Shown in pieces: positions 1 to 12,762 of a stretch of 64,000 bases of DNA; the stretch's first letter is position 1, and each line of letters opens with the position of its first letter. Source of the stretch: the human T2T-CHM13v2.0 reference genome, Homo sapiens; the NCBI RefSeq assembly GCF_009914755.1, contig NC_060937.1, one strand, 5' to 3'. The notes below the pieces were generated by a model, which was not told the origin of the DNA, ran no database searches, and was given only the letters and a program-made list of their open reading frames with translations. The position numbers and the translations under genes are program-made.

Positions 1-825
1 ATGGTGAAAGATGGCTTAATGTGTAATATCAACAGCATTAAAACTTTTTATTATACTGCTAAATGTGGCCTTAAAGAGAAACAGCATTCTTCATTTTACA
101 TATTGAGCAAACTAAACTTAGAAATCATAAAGGCTGCATGTGAAAACTCTAGACACAACAGGACTCTGTTTTTATACTGTAGCATCTCCATTACTCCATA
201 ATCGCCCCTCATAAGAATACTTACCATGGCATAGTCAAGTATACCAATTTTGGGAGAGGTTTTGAAAGAATCAACATACAACAAATAAAAGCGAAGTACT
301 GCAGATGAAATTGGAGGACCTAATTACAATCACTTTGACAATCAGCTGTATGTGCTCTTTATTTGCCAGTGTACCTCCACACGTACTGTCACAGGGCTTT
401 GCCTATCCAGCTGTTCAACAAAATGCCCACAGAATTGATTTGCTGTGTTTGAAATTTCCATTAATTTGTCAACACTGCTTATACTTCTTTATCCCAGAAC
501 CTGCAGAGGTTCTCAGAATGAAATAACATTAAGCTTAGAACTGGTGGGAAGAAATGGTATTTGCCTCGGTTTAAATTATTTGCCCTAATATCAGTGCATC
601 TGTGTCTTATGAAATCAACAAAAGAGCTCTGTTTTCCCTGTTGCTAGTGTTTAACATAAGCGTTCTCAGAAAAGTAAGTAGAATTGAGTGAAAAGACAAT
701 TTTTAAACAGTAGCCATTACAATTGTGGGAGTGCTAGAGGAACTCTATATACATTCCCATTTTGTCAAATTTTATTTGATTTATTTTCTCACTTGTATTC
801 CTTACTAATAAAGGACTGACTGATG

Positions 826-1830
826 GACTCATTTATTCCACAAACATTATGAGTATTTTCCCATTACAAGGTGGTCAACTTGGGTGCTGGAATTAAGTGT
901 AACAAGACAGATTTTGTCCTTGGCTTGAAGACGTTGGGAATCTCGTAAGAGAGGCATATTTTTAAAAATGTATGCAAACAATTCATGTTAAAATACATGT
1001 CATTAGATTGTACATATAACGAGGTGACCTACACTAGTATGGAGTTTAAGAATGACTTCTTGTGAAGGGATTTTTAAAGAGTAAAGGTAAAGAAAAATTA
1101 GTCCATGGAGAGAAGAGAAAAAGCATGCTTGGCAGAGGAGGATTTGAAATTCTGGAAATACGAAGCCTGTATATGTTAGGAAATGAAGGCCTTTTAAAAC
1201 AGAATGAAGTGGATTTGAAGATAATTTGTAGCCATTTAATACAAGGTTTTGTAATGAAAAGAGGATGCCATTGTAAAGTTTACAGCAAGACCATACTCTT
1301 CCCTAAATCATAGTTGTAAAGATTGTTCCGATATTCAGTGATGAATCAAACGAAAAGTTACAAGAAAGGACAGGGAAGATAGGTTTACAGCATATTACAC
1401 AGGTTTAAGTGAGAGGATAGTGGCTCAAACTAGTATCATGTCACTCTATATGAAAAACAGACAAATTTGAAAAATAATTCATGGATGGAATAAAGAAATA
1501 AAAGGTGATTGTGTGGAGAAAGAGAGATAGCAGTCACTCCCAAATATTTGTTATGAGTTTCCGACAGAAGACTACTCTTTGTTGAGATTTCAACTAAGTT
1601 TTCCAGGTATGTGTATCAATGACAGAAGATCAGCAGATTAAATTAATGGGTGTCCCATGAATTAATTTAAATATTTTGTTTTTGTATTTCCATTGAGGCC
1701 CAAGAGTCTGATAGTAAGCAAATAATTGCATATATAAGAATAGAATTTATTAATAGAAAAGAGAAAGGATAGGAGATCTAAAATTAAGTATTGTTGAAGC
1801 AAATAAGTGAATGCAAGTTCTAGATGATAG
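826..1830 (-). mobile_element. L2 LINE remnant
   Basis: CATTTATTCCACAAACATTATGAG...GGGTGCTGG...AACAAGACAGATTTTGTCCTTGGC resembles the antisense L2 3' end; highly diverged. Confidence 0.55.
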
Positions 1831-3424
1831 AGAAATTTAAAGCAGAATTTTTTATTTAATAATTTTTGGTCCTAAATAGTAAGCCTGTTAAACTGCTCAA
1901 ATTTTCAAATTTTCTTTGACAAATTAATCAAGAAATATTTACTTAAACCATACAATAAGTGCGAAGCACTTCAGAAAACAGAATGAAGTAAGATTCATTC
2001 TGTTCAAAGATGAAAAAGGTTATTCTCTCTGGTCTCCTTAATTGGCACCATTCCACTATGTACATATGCATGTATGTGTATGTTTGTATATGATGTCTAT
2101 ATATCTATTATTATACATCTATACGTAATTATCCATATTGTCTACCTATGCATCTATCTGTCTAACCATCTAGTTATTGATACATCCTAGTGTGCAGAAA
2201 ATCTGATAAATTCAATGATTTCACGGGTAATGTGTAGAATTTAAATGACACAAAAAATGAGTGGGCTGATTTCAGCTGCAAAGACTTAATGTGTTCTGTG
2301 ATATGGTTTATTTCTGTGGAATTGGTTATTTAAAAAGTGTTCACATTGTTTTTACAAAGCCATTTTTTTTCTGTATGCTCTTTTGACAAAAAAGGCAAAG
2401 AAAGTAATTTAAAACCTTTAAAATGATGCATCTATTGCAATATAATTGGTGGCATCATACTGTTAAGAGCAACATCAAATCTCATTTCAGGTCACCTTTT
2501 CATTTAGTTCAAAATGACCTTACAGAATGGCTACCATACTGTGCAGAGTCACATACAGTAATATAGCTTTTAAAATGCTGTTTATGTACTATGTTTTATT
2601 TTTATTTGATGGAATGTCAATTGGATAGCATTGAGTTTACAAAAAAATGTGATTGCTACCAAAAATATTCATCAGAATTCATCTTTACATATTCATGAGA
2701 AAAAGAGTATGTTATAACTTGTGTTTTGGGTAATTTACCATTCAATATATTTCTTGTGTCTCATCATCTACTTTAAAAAACAATGTATTTATAAATGTCA
2801 TGCCATTTCTTCTTTCCAAACATGACTCTTTTAAGAAAATGGTATACAGTTATTTAAATCCAGCAACCTTTTAGAGTCGTACTTAGTTTAATCATTGTAT
2901 CTTCTCAGGGAATAAAAATAATGCAATGTCAGAGGGAAAAACTGTTACATGTAAGTATCCTTCACAGTAGTGACTTTTCTTTTATTTTGAGTACAATATA
3001 TTATCTCAGACAGAGTTCCAGGTCTGATCTCTTCTGTGTGTTTGCTTTAATATCAGTAACCAGGACAACAAGATTTTTAAATGCTTTATGTAGTATAAGT
3101 AAAGGGAAAATGGAAAAATGGAGAGTATACAATCTTAAAAGAAGGTATCAGTACTCCTACTGCCACTGTGTGTCACACAAATAATTTTTAAAGTTTTGTT
3201 GTTGATTATGCAGGTAATGTATCTTGTATGTCACAAAGAAGTTTAGTTCTACTTTTAGGTTTATTTGAAATGAATTTCTTTGCAGTTATCTACATTTCTT
3301 TACTGGTCTTTATGTCTCGCATTACATTTCTGTGTGATGGCTAGCATTAGTTAAATACATCAGTTTTCATGTCTGGAATGGTGCTATGGGGAGTTCTGTG
3401 GAACCACAGCCCAGTAGAACACCA

Positions 3425-4175
3425 TAATTGGAAAAAAATTATATTTAAAACAAGTCACTGCAGATTATACTAACAGCATATAGCAAATGAAGAAACATTT
3501 ATTCAAGAAAATCTACGAAGGCTTTGTAAGAATAAGTAGGGAATGTAGACTTGAGCCATGACTTGCTGTCTTCCTCCCATTGACTCTCCTCAACATGAGG
3601 AAAGACTCACTCTGAGCAGCTATGGCCAAAAAGAGAGGTTTTTCTGTCCATTTACTTCCCAGGTAAAGGCTATAGTTCTCTCTAGAAGGTGGAAACCATC
3701 AACATATCTCATAATCTTCAATTTCTTCTTGCTGAAGCCAAACTCCAGGAAAAGCAGCTGAGAGAAAGGGGGCTATCTTCCTCCACCCTCGCTGGATGCA
3801 AACACCTGAGGTTCTACCCCACGCCAGGGAGACTGAGAATACTTCTCCAATCGCCTTCACCATAGCTCACTTATATCGATAGGGCCAAGCAGAGAAGACA
3901 AGAGGCTACCCTCTCTTTCTAGCACCCTACTCATACCCCAGATGTGTTATTATAAGAGAAGTGAACAAGGATCCCCAAACCTAGTTCCAAAGCAGTAACT
4001 CAGAAGTTTTGCCCAGTGTAAAATTTAGACCACCAGAACAGCGAGCGCCAAATTTTTCACCAAGGGAATTGACTCATTTTGAATAGAGTGCATGAAAGCG
4101 TAAGCCTAAAGATTCTCTCAAAAACAAGAGAGAATTTAATAGTAAGCAATTAGAAAGAGTAGCAGCTTCATGAGA
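3425..4175 (+). mobile_element. Old L1M 5'UTR fragment (L1MC/MD-type)
   Basis: CAGCATATAGCAAATGAAGAAACATTTATTCAAGAAAATCTAC motif typical of ancient L1M 5' ends. Confidence 0.6.
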
Positions 4176-4193
4176 GTGCCCTAATCTTTACAC

Positions 4194-4603
4194 TGAGACA
4201 GACAGGTAAGCTGATTGGTTTCCTGTTTTAATACGGTTTGGAGGAAAAAAAAAATATTACTCAAGTTCTAGCTTACCTAACTTGCACCTTGCATCCAATC
4301 AGTAACAAAAGACCCAAGAGGCTATTAATTGCATTTCTACTTCAGGGGGTTAGGGACAATCCTGGCCGCCCCTCCACCGCCTCCCCCAACCCCACCACCA
4401 CATTCAGTTTGACTTAAACTCCAATGTATAGTTACCCCTTTCTTATTTTAATGGTAAAAGTCATGCCCAGTGGTTGAGATTTTAGATGCTCCTTACAATG
4501 ATGAAGAAGCATGTTGAACCACTGTTTCATTGCTAGAGAAACCTATGCCCTGAGGTAAACCTTCCCTATAGAAAGATCGTGTAAAACTAACTTACACACG
4601 ATC
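4194..4603 (+). mobile_element. Probable partial ERV1 LTR
   Basis: Starts TGAGACAG; CCAAT box and CCTTCCCTATAGAAAGA..TAAAACTAAC promoter-like segment; cut off by the next LTR. Confidence 0.35.
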
Positions 4604-5066
4604 TGAGAAAGGAAAGAGGAACTTTTTGTCTGAGAATTGCAAGCCCCCTTTAAATGATCTAGCCTAGAGAATAATTGAAATGAGACTGTAGTCATGTCCT
4701 ACCACACCCCTTTGAGCTAAGTAATCATCTTAAAGCTGCCCACCATACAAATCCTAGACTAAATGTTGCTACAAATAGCTATCAATTTACCTAACAATGC
4801 CATACAATGTATACCATAACTTATATCCTGTCGTTCAATGGTGTGTAGTCAATCACTAATGAATGCTATTTTTGTACATCAATGAGAATTTCTGACAAAC
4901 AACTTTTGTAATCACCTCCTCTCCTGATTTGTCTTTTTTTCCTTAAAAACATGAGCTTCTCCTTTGTTCTCTGGGGCACTTTTCCATGTTTCCCAGGCTG
5001 CAGTCCTCAAATTTGGCCCAAATAAACTCTATCTATATTAATTTTGCCTCGGTTTCTTTCTTTAAG
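4604..5066 (+). mobile_element. ERV1 solo LTR (MER4 group, subfamily uncertain)
   Basis: TGAGAAAGGAAAG start; polyA signal in GGCCCAAATAAACTCT followed by ATTAATTTTGCCTC.GTTTCTTTCTTTA end. Confidence 0.65.
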
Positions 5067-5109
5067 AAAACACAGCTAGGAAATCCCTCGTGTGGTCAGA
5101 AAATAAACA

Positions 5110-5305
5110 TTCAAAGGTTGGCCTCCATGTCCATTCATGTGTGGCAAATGGCAAGATCTCCTTTCATTTTAAGTCTATATAATATTTCATTGTTTAACTA
5201 TACCACTTTTTCCTTATTTAGTCAACTGTCAATGGGCGTTTGGGTGGTTTCTGTATCTTGACTATTATTTATAATGGTGAAATGAACATATAAGTGCAGA
5301 TATCT
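5110..5305 (-). mobile_element. L1MA-type 3' region fragment
   Basis: CCTCCATGTCCATTCATGTGTGGCAAATGGCAAGATCTCC...TAATATTTCATTG...GTGCAGATATCT antisense L1 motif. Confidence 0.65.
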
Positions 5306-5396
5306 ATAGTAACCATTTTACTATCTGTCTGCATTCCATAACAGTGTGTTATAAATCCCAAACATACGTGGTAAAGTTTATTAAAAAAAAAATACA

Positions 5397-5747
5397 GGCC
5401 GGGCACAGTGAGTCACGCCTGTAATCCCAGCACTTTAGGAGGCCGAGGCAGGCGGATCACTTGAGGTCAGGAGTTCAAGACCAGCCTGGTCCATACGGTG
5501 AAACACTGTCTCTACTAAAAATACACACACACACACACAAAATAGCGGGGCATGGTTGCGCACATATGTAATCTCAGCTACTCGGGAGGCTGAACCAGGA
5601 AAATTGCTTGAACCCTGAACCAGAAGGCAGAGGGTGCAGTGAGCCCAGATCACACCACTGTACTCCAGCCAGACTCTGTCTTAAAAAAAAAAAGAAAAAA
5701 AAGTGAGACCCTGTCTCAAAATAAATAAATAAACAAATAATAAAAAA
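5397..5747 (+). mobile_element. AluS (Sx/Sz-like) with (CA)n in linker and doubled 3' end
   Basis: GGCCGGGCACAGTG start; GATCACTTGAGGTCAGGAGTTCAAGACCAGCCTGG; two A-rich tails. Confidence 0.95.
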
Positions 5748-5756
5748 GTGGAAAAG

Positions 5757-6290
5757 AAAGACTGGGCTCAAAAACTACCTTTGCAAATGAGCCCAAGTGG
5801 AGTTCGATCAGGGCATTGTCAAAAACAGTAAAGCAATCAGCCAGCAATTAGCGGTATCTAACAGCTAGGTGTGTTGCTAACAGAGGCATACAGCTTAACA
5901 GAGATCAGGTAAAGAGACTGTGAAATACAGCTTATCTAAAACCATTGCCAACACAGGGGACTCTATAGATGTTTAATACTATTCACTGAGGAGCAACATG
6001 GTAAGGGTATAAGCCTTTCCATGGCAAGGGGAACAGATTTCGTAGAGATAGTCCAGCAAAGTCACAGAACAAAGAAAAAAGTAGACAAGAGAAAAATTAA
6101 TAAACCCCAAATGCACCTTAAAAGAAATACTAAAGGAAAAGTTTGAGGCTGAAAGCAACAAAACCAGAGAAAAATTGAAATCCACATCAAACAATAAGCA
6201 CCAGTAAAGGTAATTATGTAATTCAAAATGCAGTGTAATTACATAAGTTTTCTTCTTTCTTCTTTTAGCTGATTTGAAAGACAATTTGAA
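5757..6290 (+). mobile_element. Continuation of old L1M 5' region
   Basis: GCATTGTCAAAAACAGTAAAGCAATCAGCCAGCAATTAG motif and A-rich L1-like sense strand. Confidence 0.45.
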
Positions 6291-6544
6291 TTTAGGACAT
6301 GGGTTTCAAAATCTGGAAATGAATTCAAATGATCTCAATAATTAGTCACATAATTTTAGTATGTCATTACATTTTTCCAGACCTTCCTGGTCTATCAGAG
6401 GAAAGGTTGTATCAGATGGTCTAAATAGTTTTTAGTCTATATGGCTTCATTATAACATGTTAAATGAATCAATCTAAGTAAAGTAGATTCTTTTTTGCAA
6501 GCATTAAACTGCAAAACTTGTAGAAAGCACATTGTCAAGACATG

Positions 6545-6547
<3 letters not shown>

Positions 6548-6598
<51 letters not shown>
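6548..6598. repeat. (TA)n microsatellite, about 25 units
   Basis: Direct reading. Confidence 0.97.
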
Positions 6599-6604
<6 letters not shown>

Positions 6605-6606
6605 CA

Positions 6607-7001
6607 TGTTATGGTTTAAATGTGTGTTCTTTTCAAAATTCATGTTGAAACTTAATCCCCATTGTGGTGGTATTAAGATGTAGGGTCTTCGGGAAGTCAC
6701 TAACTCATGAGAGCTCCACCCTCCTGAATGAATTAATGCTTTTATAAAAGAAGCTTCAGAGATAATTTGCTTCTCTAGCTCTTCCTATCTTCTGCCATGT
6801 AAGGACAAAGTGTTGCGTTCCTCCAGAGGATGCAACAAGGTGCCATCTTGGAAACAGAAACAGCAGCTGTCATAGACAATGACCCTCCTGGTGCCTTGAT
6901 CATTGACTTCCTAGCCTTCCAAACTGTGATAAATAAATTTCTACTATTTATAAATTATCCAGTCTGTGGTATTTTGTTGTAACAGCACAAATGGCCTAAC
7001 A
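6607..7001 (+). mobile_element. MSTD-like MaLR solo LTR
   Basis: TGTTATGGTTTAAATGTG start; CCTCCAGAGGATGCAACAAGGTGCCATCTTGGAA; AATAAATTTCT; ends CAAATGGCCTAACA. Confidence 0.85.
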
Positions 7002-7989
7002 TTAAATAGATAAATATATCTCTATAGATAGATACATACATATAGATATATAGACACGTACATACATACATACTAAATTTTTTATTTCTAAATTTTTTTG
7101 TTCTCATTTAATTCTGCAATATGTTTTTACTTTGACTGAATATACTCTCAAAGAGCAAATAGAAATTAAATAATTAACATCAGTAAACATGTTTTGAATA
7201 TTTACTTTGCTCAAGGCACCAACATATTTTGGAACCAAAAAAGACAGCAAAGTGTTCCATGAATTGAATTCAGTGTGTCCCAATAAAGCCATGCGTTTAT
7301 TTAGAAATAAAATGTTTGGGAAGAATTGCATGTCTACATCAAGAATGTTATTTTAGCATTAGCTATCAAAGAACATATGAATTTAAATTGTCACTTCTTT
7401 TCAGCAGTTAGAAATAAATACCCAATTCCAAAAAATCAGTGTTGCATACCACACAAAAAGACTAATGAGAAAAATATGCATTGTCAGTTTTGGATGAGAC
7501 AGAGGTACACAATGACTATTGCAAAAATGCACTCAGCTGTGAAATAGAATTGTTTGTTATTTCTTATTCTAGCATTAAATAAATTCTTTTGATGGATGCC
7601 AGAATCAAGTTAGAAGAAAATATGAGACTTCTTTTAGAGGATGAGATATAATTAAACAAAATGAATTTAATGGTTTTATAAACTGTGTTTAAGTTCTTTT
7701 TAATGTAGATTTATTACTATATTTATGCAGGAAATATTTTAAAATATATAAAGTAAGATGCTAAGTTTCAGATTAGTAAAAAACAATAAATTCTAAACTA
7801 GCCAACTTCAGATTTAAACTTTAAATAAAATTTTCTGAAGCTGTATTTGACCAGCTTATCAGAGGGATTATTTTTAAGTTTACGCTTTAATTTTAAAAAA
7901 TGCACATTGAATAATTTTACCTGGATAACTTGTACTTTACCAGGGAACATAATTCTAACAATATTTTGGCTGATTAACGTTCTTTCTTT

Positions 7990-8171
7990 ATTAGAATTTT
8001 ATGTATTGATTGATGTCTTATGTCTCCCTAAAATGTATAAAACCAAGCTGTAGTCTGACCACCTTGTACATGTTCTCAGGACCTCCTGAGGAGTTTTCAT
8101 GGGCATGTCCTTAACTTTGACCAAATCAACTAAATTGACTGAGACTTGTCTCAGATACCTTTTGGTTTACA
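7990..8171 (+). mobile_element. MER4-family ERV1 LTR, 3' part
   Basis: GTCTCCCTAAAATGTATAAAACCAAGCTG...GAGACTTGTCTCAGATACCTTTTGGTTTACA. Confidence 0.8.
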
Positions 8172-8173
8172 AA

Positions 8174-9705
8174 GTCAATGAAGCTCCAACTGAAATCTCA
8201 TCAGATTTCTTTTTGTAGAAATATGCAAACTAATTTTAAAGAGTGTATAAAACTTAAAAGGACTTTGAATAGTCAACACAATTTTTAAATCAAAGAAAAC
8301 AGTTAGAACGTGTGCTCTATGTGATTTAAAACTTATAGTAAAGCTACAGTAATTAAGACATGTCACATGGTTTGTGGATATACACATAGATCAACAGGAT
8401 AGAAAGTCCACAGGTGAACTCTACATGTACAATGATATTCAATCATGTTGTCATGATAATTTAATGAGGAGAATGGCTAATCTTTACAACTATGCTGATG
8501 GACCAACTCGATATCCACATGGGAGAAAACAAAACAAAAACTGTTGGACCTCATATCACAAACAAAAAAAAATGAGAATATTTTATAGACCTAAAAATAA
8601 AAGCTGAATCTATAAAACTTCCGGAATATAACATGGAAAAAATATGATCTGGGATAGGAAAAACACATGAAAATCTGAAAAAAATAAAATTGGCTTTCAT
8701 CAATACTAAGAATCTTTTTTTAAATAAAAAAATGAAAAGGAAAGCAGCCACTGAAAGAAAATGTTTGTTTGCAATATTAATATCTGATAATATATGACTT
8801 GCATTTGGAAAATATAAAAAACTCTTACAAATATAGAGAAGACAAATCACCCAACTTCAAATGGGCAGAGATTTTGTACATTTTGTTCAATGAAGAACAT
8901 AGGCTAATTGCAAGTAAGAATCGAAAAACTGACCACCATAATTAGTCATGAGGGAAATGCAAATTAAATCCAAGGTTGGATGTCACTATATTGTGCTAGA
9001 ATAGCTAAAATTTAAGACTGAGAAAACCAAGTGTTATCAAGCATGTAGATTAACTATAACTCAGATATTGCTACTTTAAATCCAAAATAGTATGATCGCT
9101 CTACTAAATATTTGGCAATTACTTATAAAATTAAATACATGCTTACCTTAAGTCCAATAAATCTACTCTTGGACATTTATTTTGGATAAATTAAAATACA
9201 TATTATTAAAAATACCTGTACAAAAATTTTATTGCAGCTTTCTTTGAATAATAGCCAAAAGTTAGAAACAACAAAAATATCTATCAACAGACGAATGGCT
9301 GAATATATTTTGATCTATCCATATATTACAAAAATATTGATAGCAATAATAATATACTGATGTATGAAATAACATGGAAAATTCTCAAAATCTTTATTCT
9401 AAGTGACAGAAGCCAAATACAAGAAGGTACATACTAGATCTTTCATTTATATGGAAAATTTAAAAAGGCAAATCTTGTTTAAAGTGACACAAAGCTAGTT
9501 TTGTCATGGGTGACATAGAAGAGATAATCATCAGGATAACAGATGTGATCTGTATCTTACTTGTCATTATATTTACTTGTGTGCATGATATATGTGCATG
9601 TGAGAAATATGTAATTAAATGAGTTAAAAATCATTCGCTTGTACCCTTAAAATGGGTGCGTTTAATTGTGTTGTAATTTGTAGTAATATTTACTTCAATA
9701 AAAAC
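8174..9705 (+). mobile_element. Old L1M (MC/MD/ME) ORF2 end and 3'UTR
   Basis: AAAGCTACAGTAATTAAGACA, AGGGAAATGCAAATTAAA, TAAGTGACAGAAGCCAAATAC, terminal CTTCAATAAAAA. Confidence 0.8.
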
Positions 9706-12373
9706 AGACAATGAGAAAGAAAAGCTAGTAAGTATCTAAGTCTGCTTTTTTTCTGAACTCCATTAGTAGTGATTTCTTGAGATAATCACTGGGTTATTGT
9801 TAGATTATGTAAAGAGTATGCTTTGCCAAATTCCAAAATTTCCATTATATGGTTGCCAACAGAGTAGGCAAAATATACTGCATTTTGCCTTACTTTTGTT
9901 CCATATCTCTGTCTTTAGTAAAGCTTCTTTGTTTTTCACAGAAACCATAGACAGCCAAATTAACAAGGAAACAAAACAAAATCAATGACATTTAAAAGAA
10001 AAACAAGGACTTCAAGACACCATGGCTTAATATGATGAATTGTTAAAGGAAACCATACAACCGATGAGGAATACACCTTTGCTTTAAACCCACCCTCTGA
10101 GCCACTTTTCTCTTTGACAGTCGATGGAATTCATAAATCATTCCACTCTTTTAAGTAACAGAATGGCTTCCAAGAATTTCAGCCTCAATCGCAAGTTCAT
10201 TTAAACTATTATAATGTCTACTCTCATGCAATAATCATATCCAACGGAAAGCTTTTCCCATCAGCTCAAACTGAAAAGCATGCATTGAAGTCTGGTAGGA
10301 GAAAATAAACTGTTTGAGGATGAAAGATTTTACTCTGTTTCTCCACGACTTTATATGCTTCTCATTTTTCTTCATGAGGCTCTGAACTCTCTAGAAATGG
10401 AGAAAAAGGGAGAAGAGAGAGGCAAGTGTTGAAAATGTCTTTGTGCACTTGTGATGATTTCTTTGGGGTTGCAATCGCAATAATTCTTTATTCTGTAGAA
10501 GACTTCTGTGTGTTTCTCAAATGTCTCTTACTGTGGTCTCCCAAATCCACCTTGATATGGAATGCCTCTCCTCCAGCTGGGAGCTTGTGTTTGCTCATTC
10601 AACTTCTCGACATTCAGTAGTTCACCTTCTGTTGGGGTTACAAACCTATTCTTGTCTTATATTTTAAAAGATCCAAGAAAATCTTGATTACATTCCTTTA
10701 TGGGGACCTCATTTTTGCTCAGACAAAGGTAAAAGTTCAGTTTCAATCTTGCCTACTGACATGTCACAGCCATTTCAGTCTCTTGTCTATAGACTTTTAA
10801 TGCAACACCTGCTAAAACGTCATGATTCACGTAAGCTACCCAGAGTTCCCCCTGTAAGTACTCTCATTTGGTTGACAGTAAGAAGAAGGCATCCTTCTAC
10901 CTTTCCCACTGAAGTGGGGAAAGAAGTGATATAGAGGATAGAGACAATCTTTAAGAATGATTTGGTGAAATATTTTGTAACCACACTCTATAGTCTCAAT
11001 AAGGATCATACAACTGATTTCCATATCCTTCTTTGCAAGGTCTGAATGGTCATCTACCAAAGCACAACACCTTGGAAATAAAGGTATATTTTGTCTTCTC
11101 TACAAACATTGATGTCTCAATGAAATAAAGAAAAATACCCATTTTAGCAGCTCAGGTTATCAGAGAGACAGCTTCATGAAGAGTTGTTCCTACCATCATT
11201 CTAGTTATCCTGAATAAGAGACCTATTGGTATTGGACTAGCCAGGAGGCATATAGTGACACAGCTGTGTTATCATTTTACCTTGGTGAATGTGTCCTGAA
11301 CAGCTAAGCTTATAATTTGAGGCATATGAAGTAAAGAAATAATTAATAATCCTGGAGCAGTTGACATGAGTATAATACAAATTATGCAAAAATAAGTATC
11401 AAACCAAAGGAATTATGTTTATTGTTATTTCTCTTAAAAATATGTTAAATATTTTAATCATTATCAAATAATTTCTATTTGAATAAAATACTTTCCTGCT
11501 GTTTAGTACAAGTAATATAATGAAATGTCCTTTGGGGAGAGTTAGGGTACTTTGCAGATGCATAAATAATCTCAAAGATGATAAAAGTCTGTCTCAAGCT
11601 ACAAAGCCAGTAAGAGGAAAAAGTAGGCCCAGTTAACTCTAAAGGCTATTAGCCCAACATCCTCTTCCCTACATCACAGACCATAATGTTTTACTAGCAC
11701 AATTTCTTAAAACATGAAATTTTAATAGGAAAAAATAATTTACCAGCAAATATTAAATACAGATTTTTAAGAGGGCATCAAATTTTTCAGATACTGAAGA
11801 TAGAATTAAACCTGCAACATTATATTCTAATCGATGTTATATGACCTGAAAGGAATTGACACTAACTACATACTAAGAAACAAAAGGTACTTGATTTCTA
11901 AGAAGGACACACATTTTATTAAATGTGCCTCAGTTTCAAATATAAAAGCTTTTTAAGTTTTGAGTTTAAAAACTGAAATTACTTTGTCTAATATGTTTTC
12001 TTTTACTAATATGTTGAGATATTTTCTCTCTAGGGTGGTACTTCAGGTTTTATTTAAAAATTGCATATATTGTATAATCTTTTAAACCCCAATTTAAAAG
12101 AGTTTATTACTTCTCCATTTAGCACTTTTATAAAAGAAGTTGCATTCATTTCTCTATACTACACCATGATCCTAAATAAGAAGAAACTTTGCATTAAGAA
12201 AGCTTTGTAGCAGTCTTAATGCAAAATTAGAAAATGTTTGTTGTGACATTTAAAAATGGCATGAAGTGGTATTAATTAAGCAAAATAAAATTTGTTACAT
12301 TTCAATTATAGAAATAATAGCCATTCCTGTTCACAGAAGTCAAATTGAGTTGAAGATATTTTGTTTTGATGGC

Positions 12374-12762
12374 TGTATTATGTTGCCTGGGCTACCATAC
12401 GAATACAACAATTTGTGTGGTTTAAGTGACATGAATTTATTTTCTCACAGTTCTGGAGGCTGAAAGTCTAGGATCAAGGTGTTAGCAGGTATGATTTCTC
12501 ACAAAGACTTGCTTGAAGACGACCATCTTCTTATGTCCTCACTTGGTCTTTACTCTGTGCAGAAGCTTCCCTGGTGTTTCTCTCTTCTTAGGAGGATACC
12601 CGTAATAACCAGTAATATTGGATTAAGGTCTCACTCTATAACCTCATTTAAACTTAATTGCCTCCTTAAAAATCTTATCTCCAAATACAGTCACATGCCT
12701 AGCTGCTAGGGCTTAGGGCTTCAACATATGCATTTTGCTGGGCACAAAATTCAGTCCATAAC
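12374..12762 (-). mobile_element. MLT1A0/MLT1B MaLR solo LTR
   Basis: TTTATTTTCTCACAGTTCTGGAGGCTG...CTCCAAATACAGTCACAT...AATTCAGTCCATAAC. Confidence 0.85.

Noticed and set aside
305-526. 73-aa ORF with a hydrophobic, signal-peptide-like N-terminus
   Set aside because: No recognisable homology, promoter or splice support; length compatible with chance.
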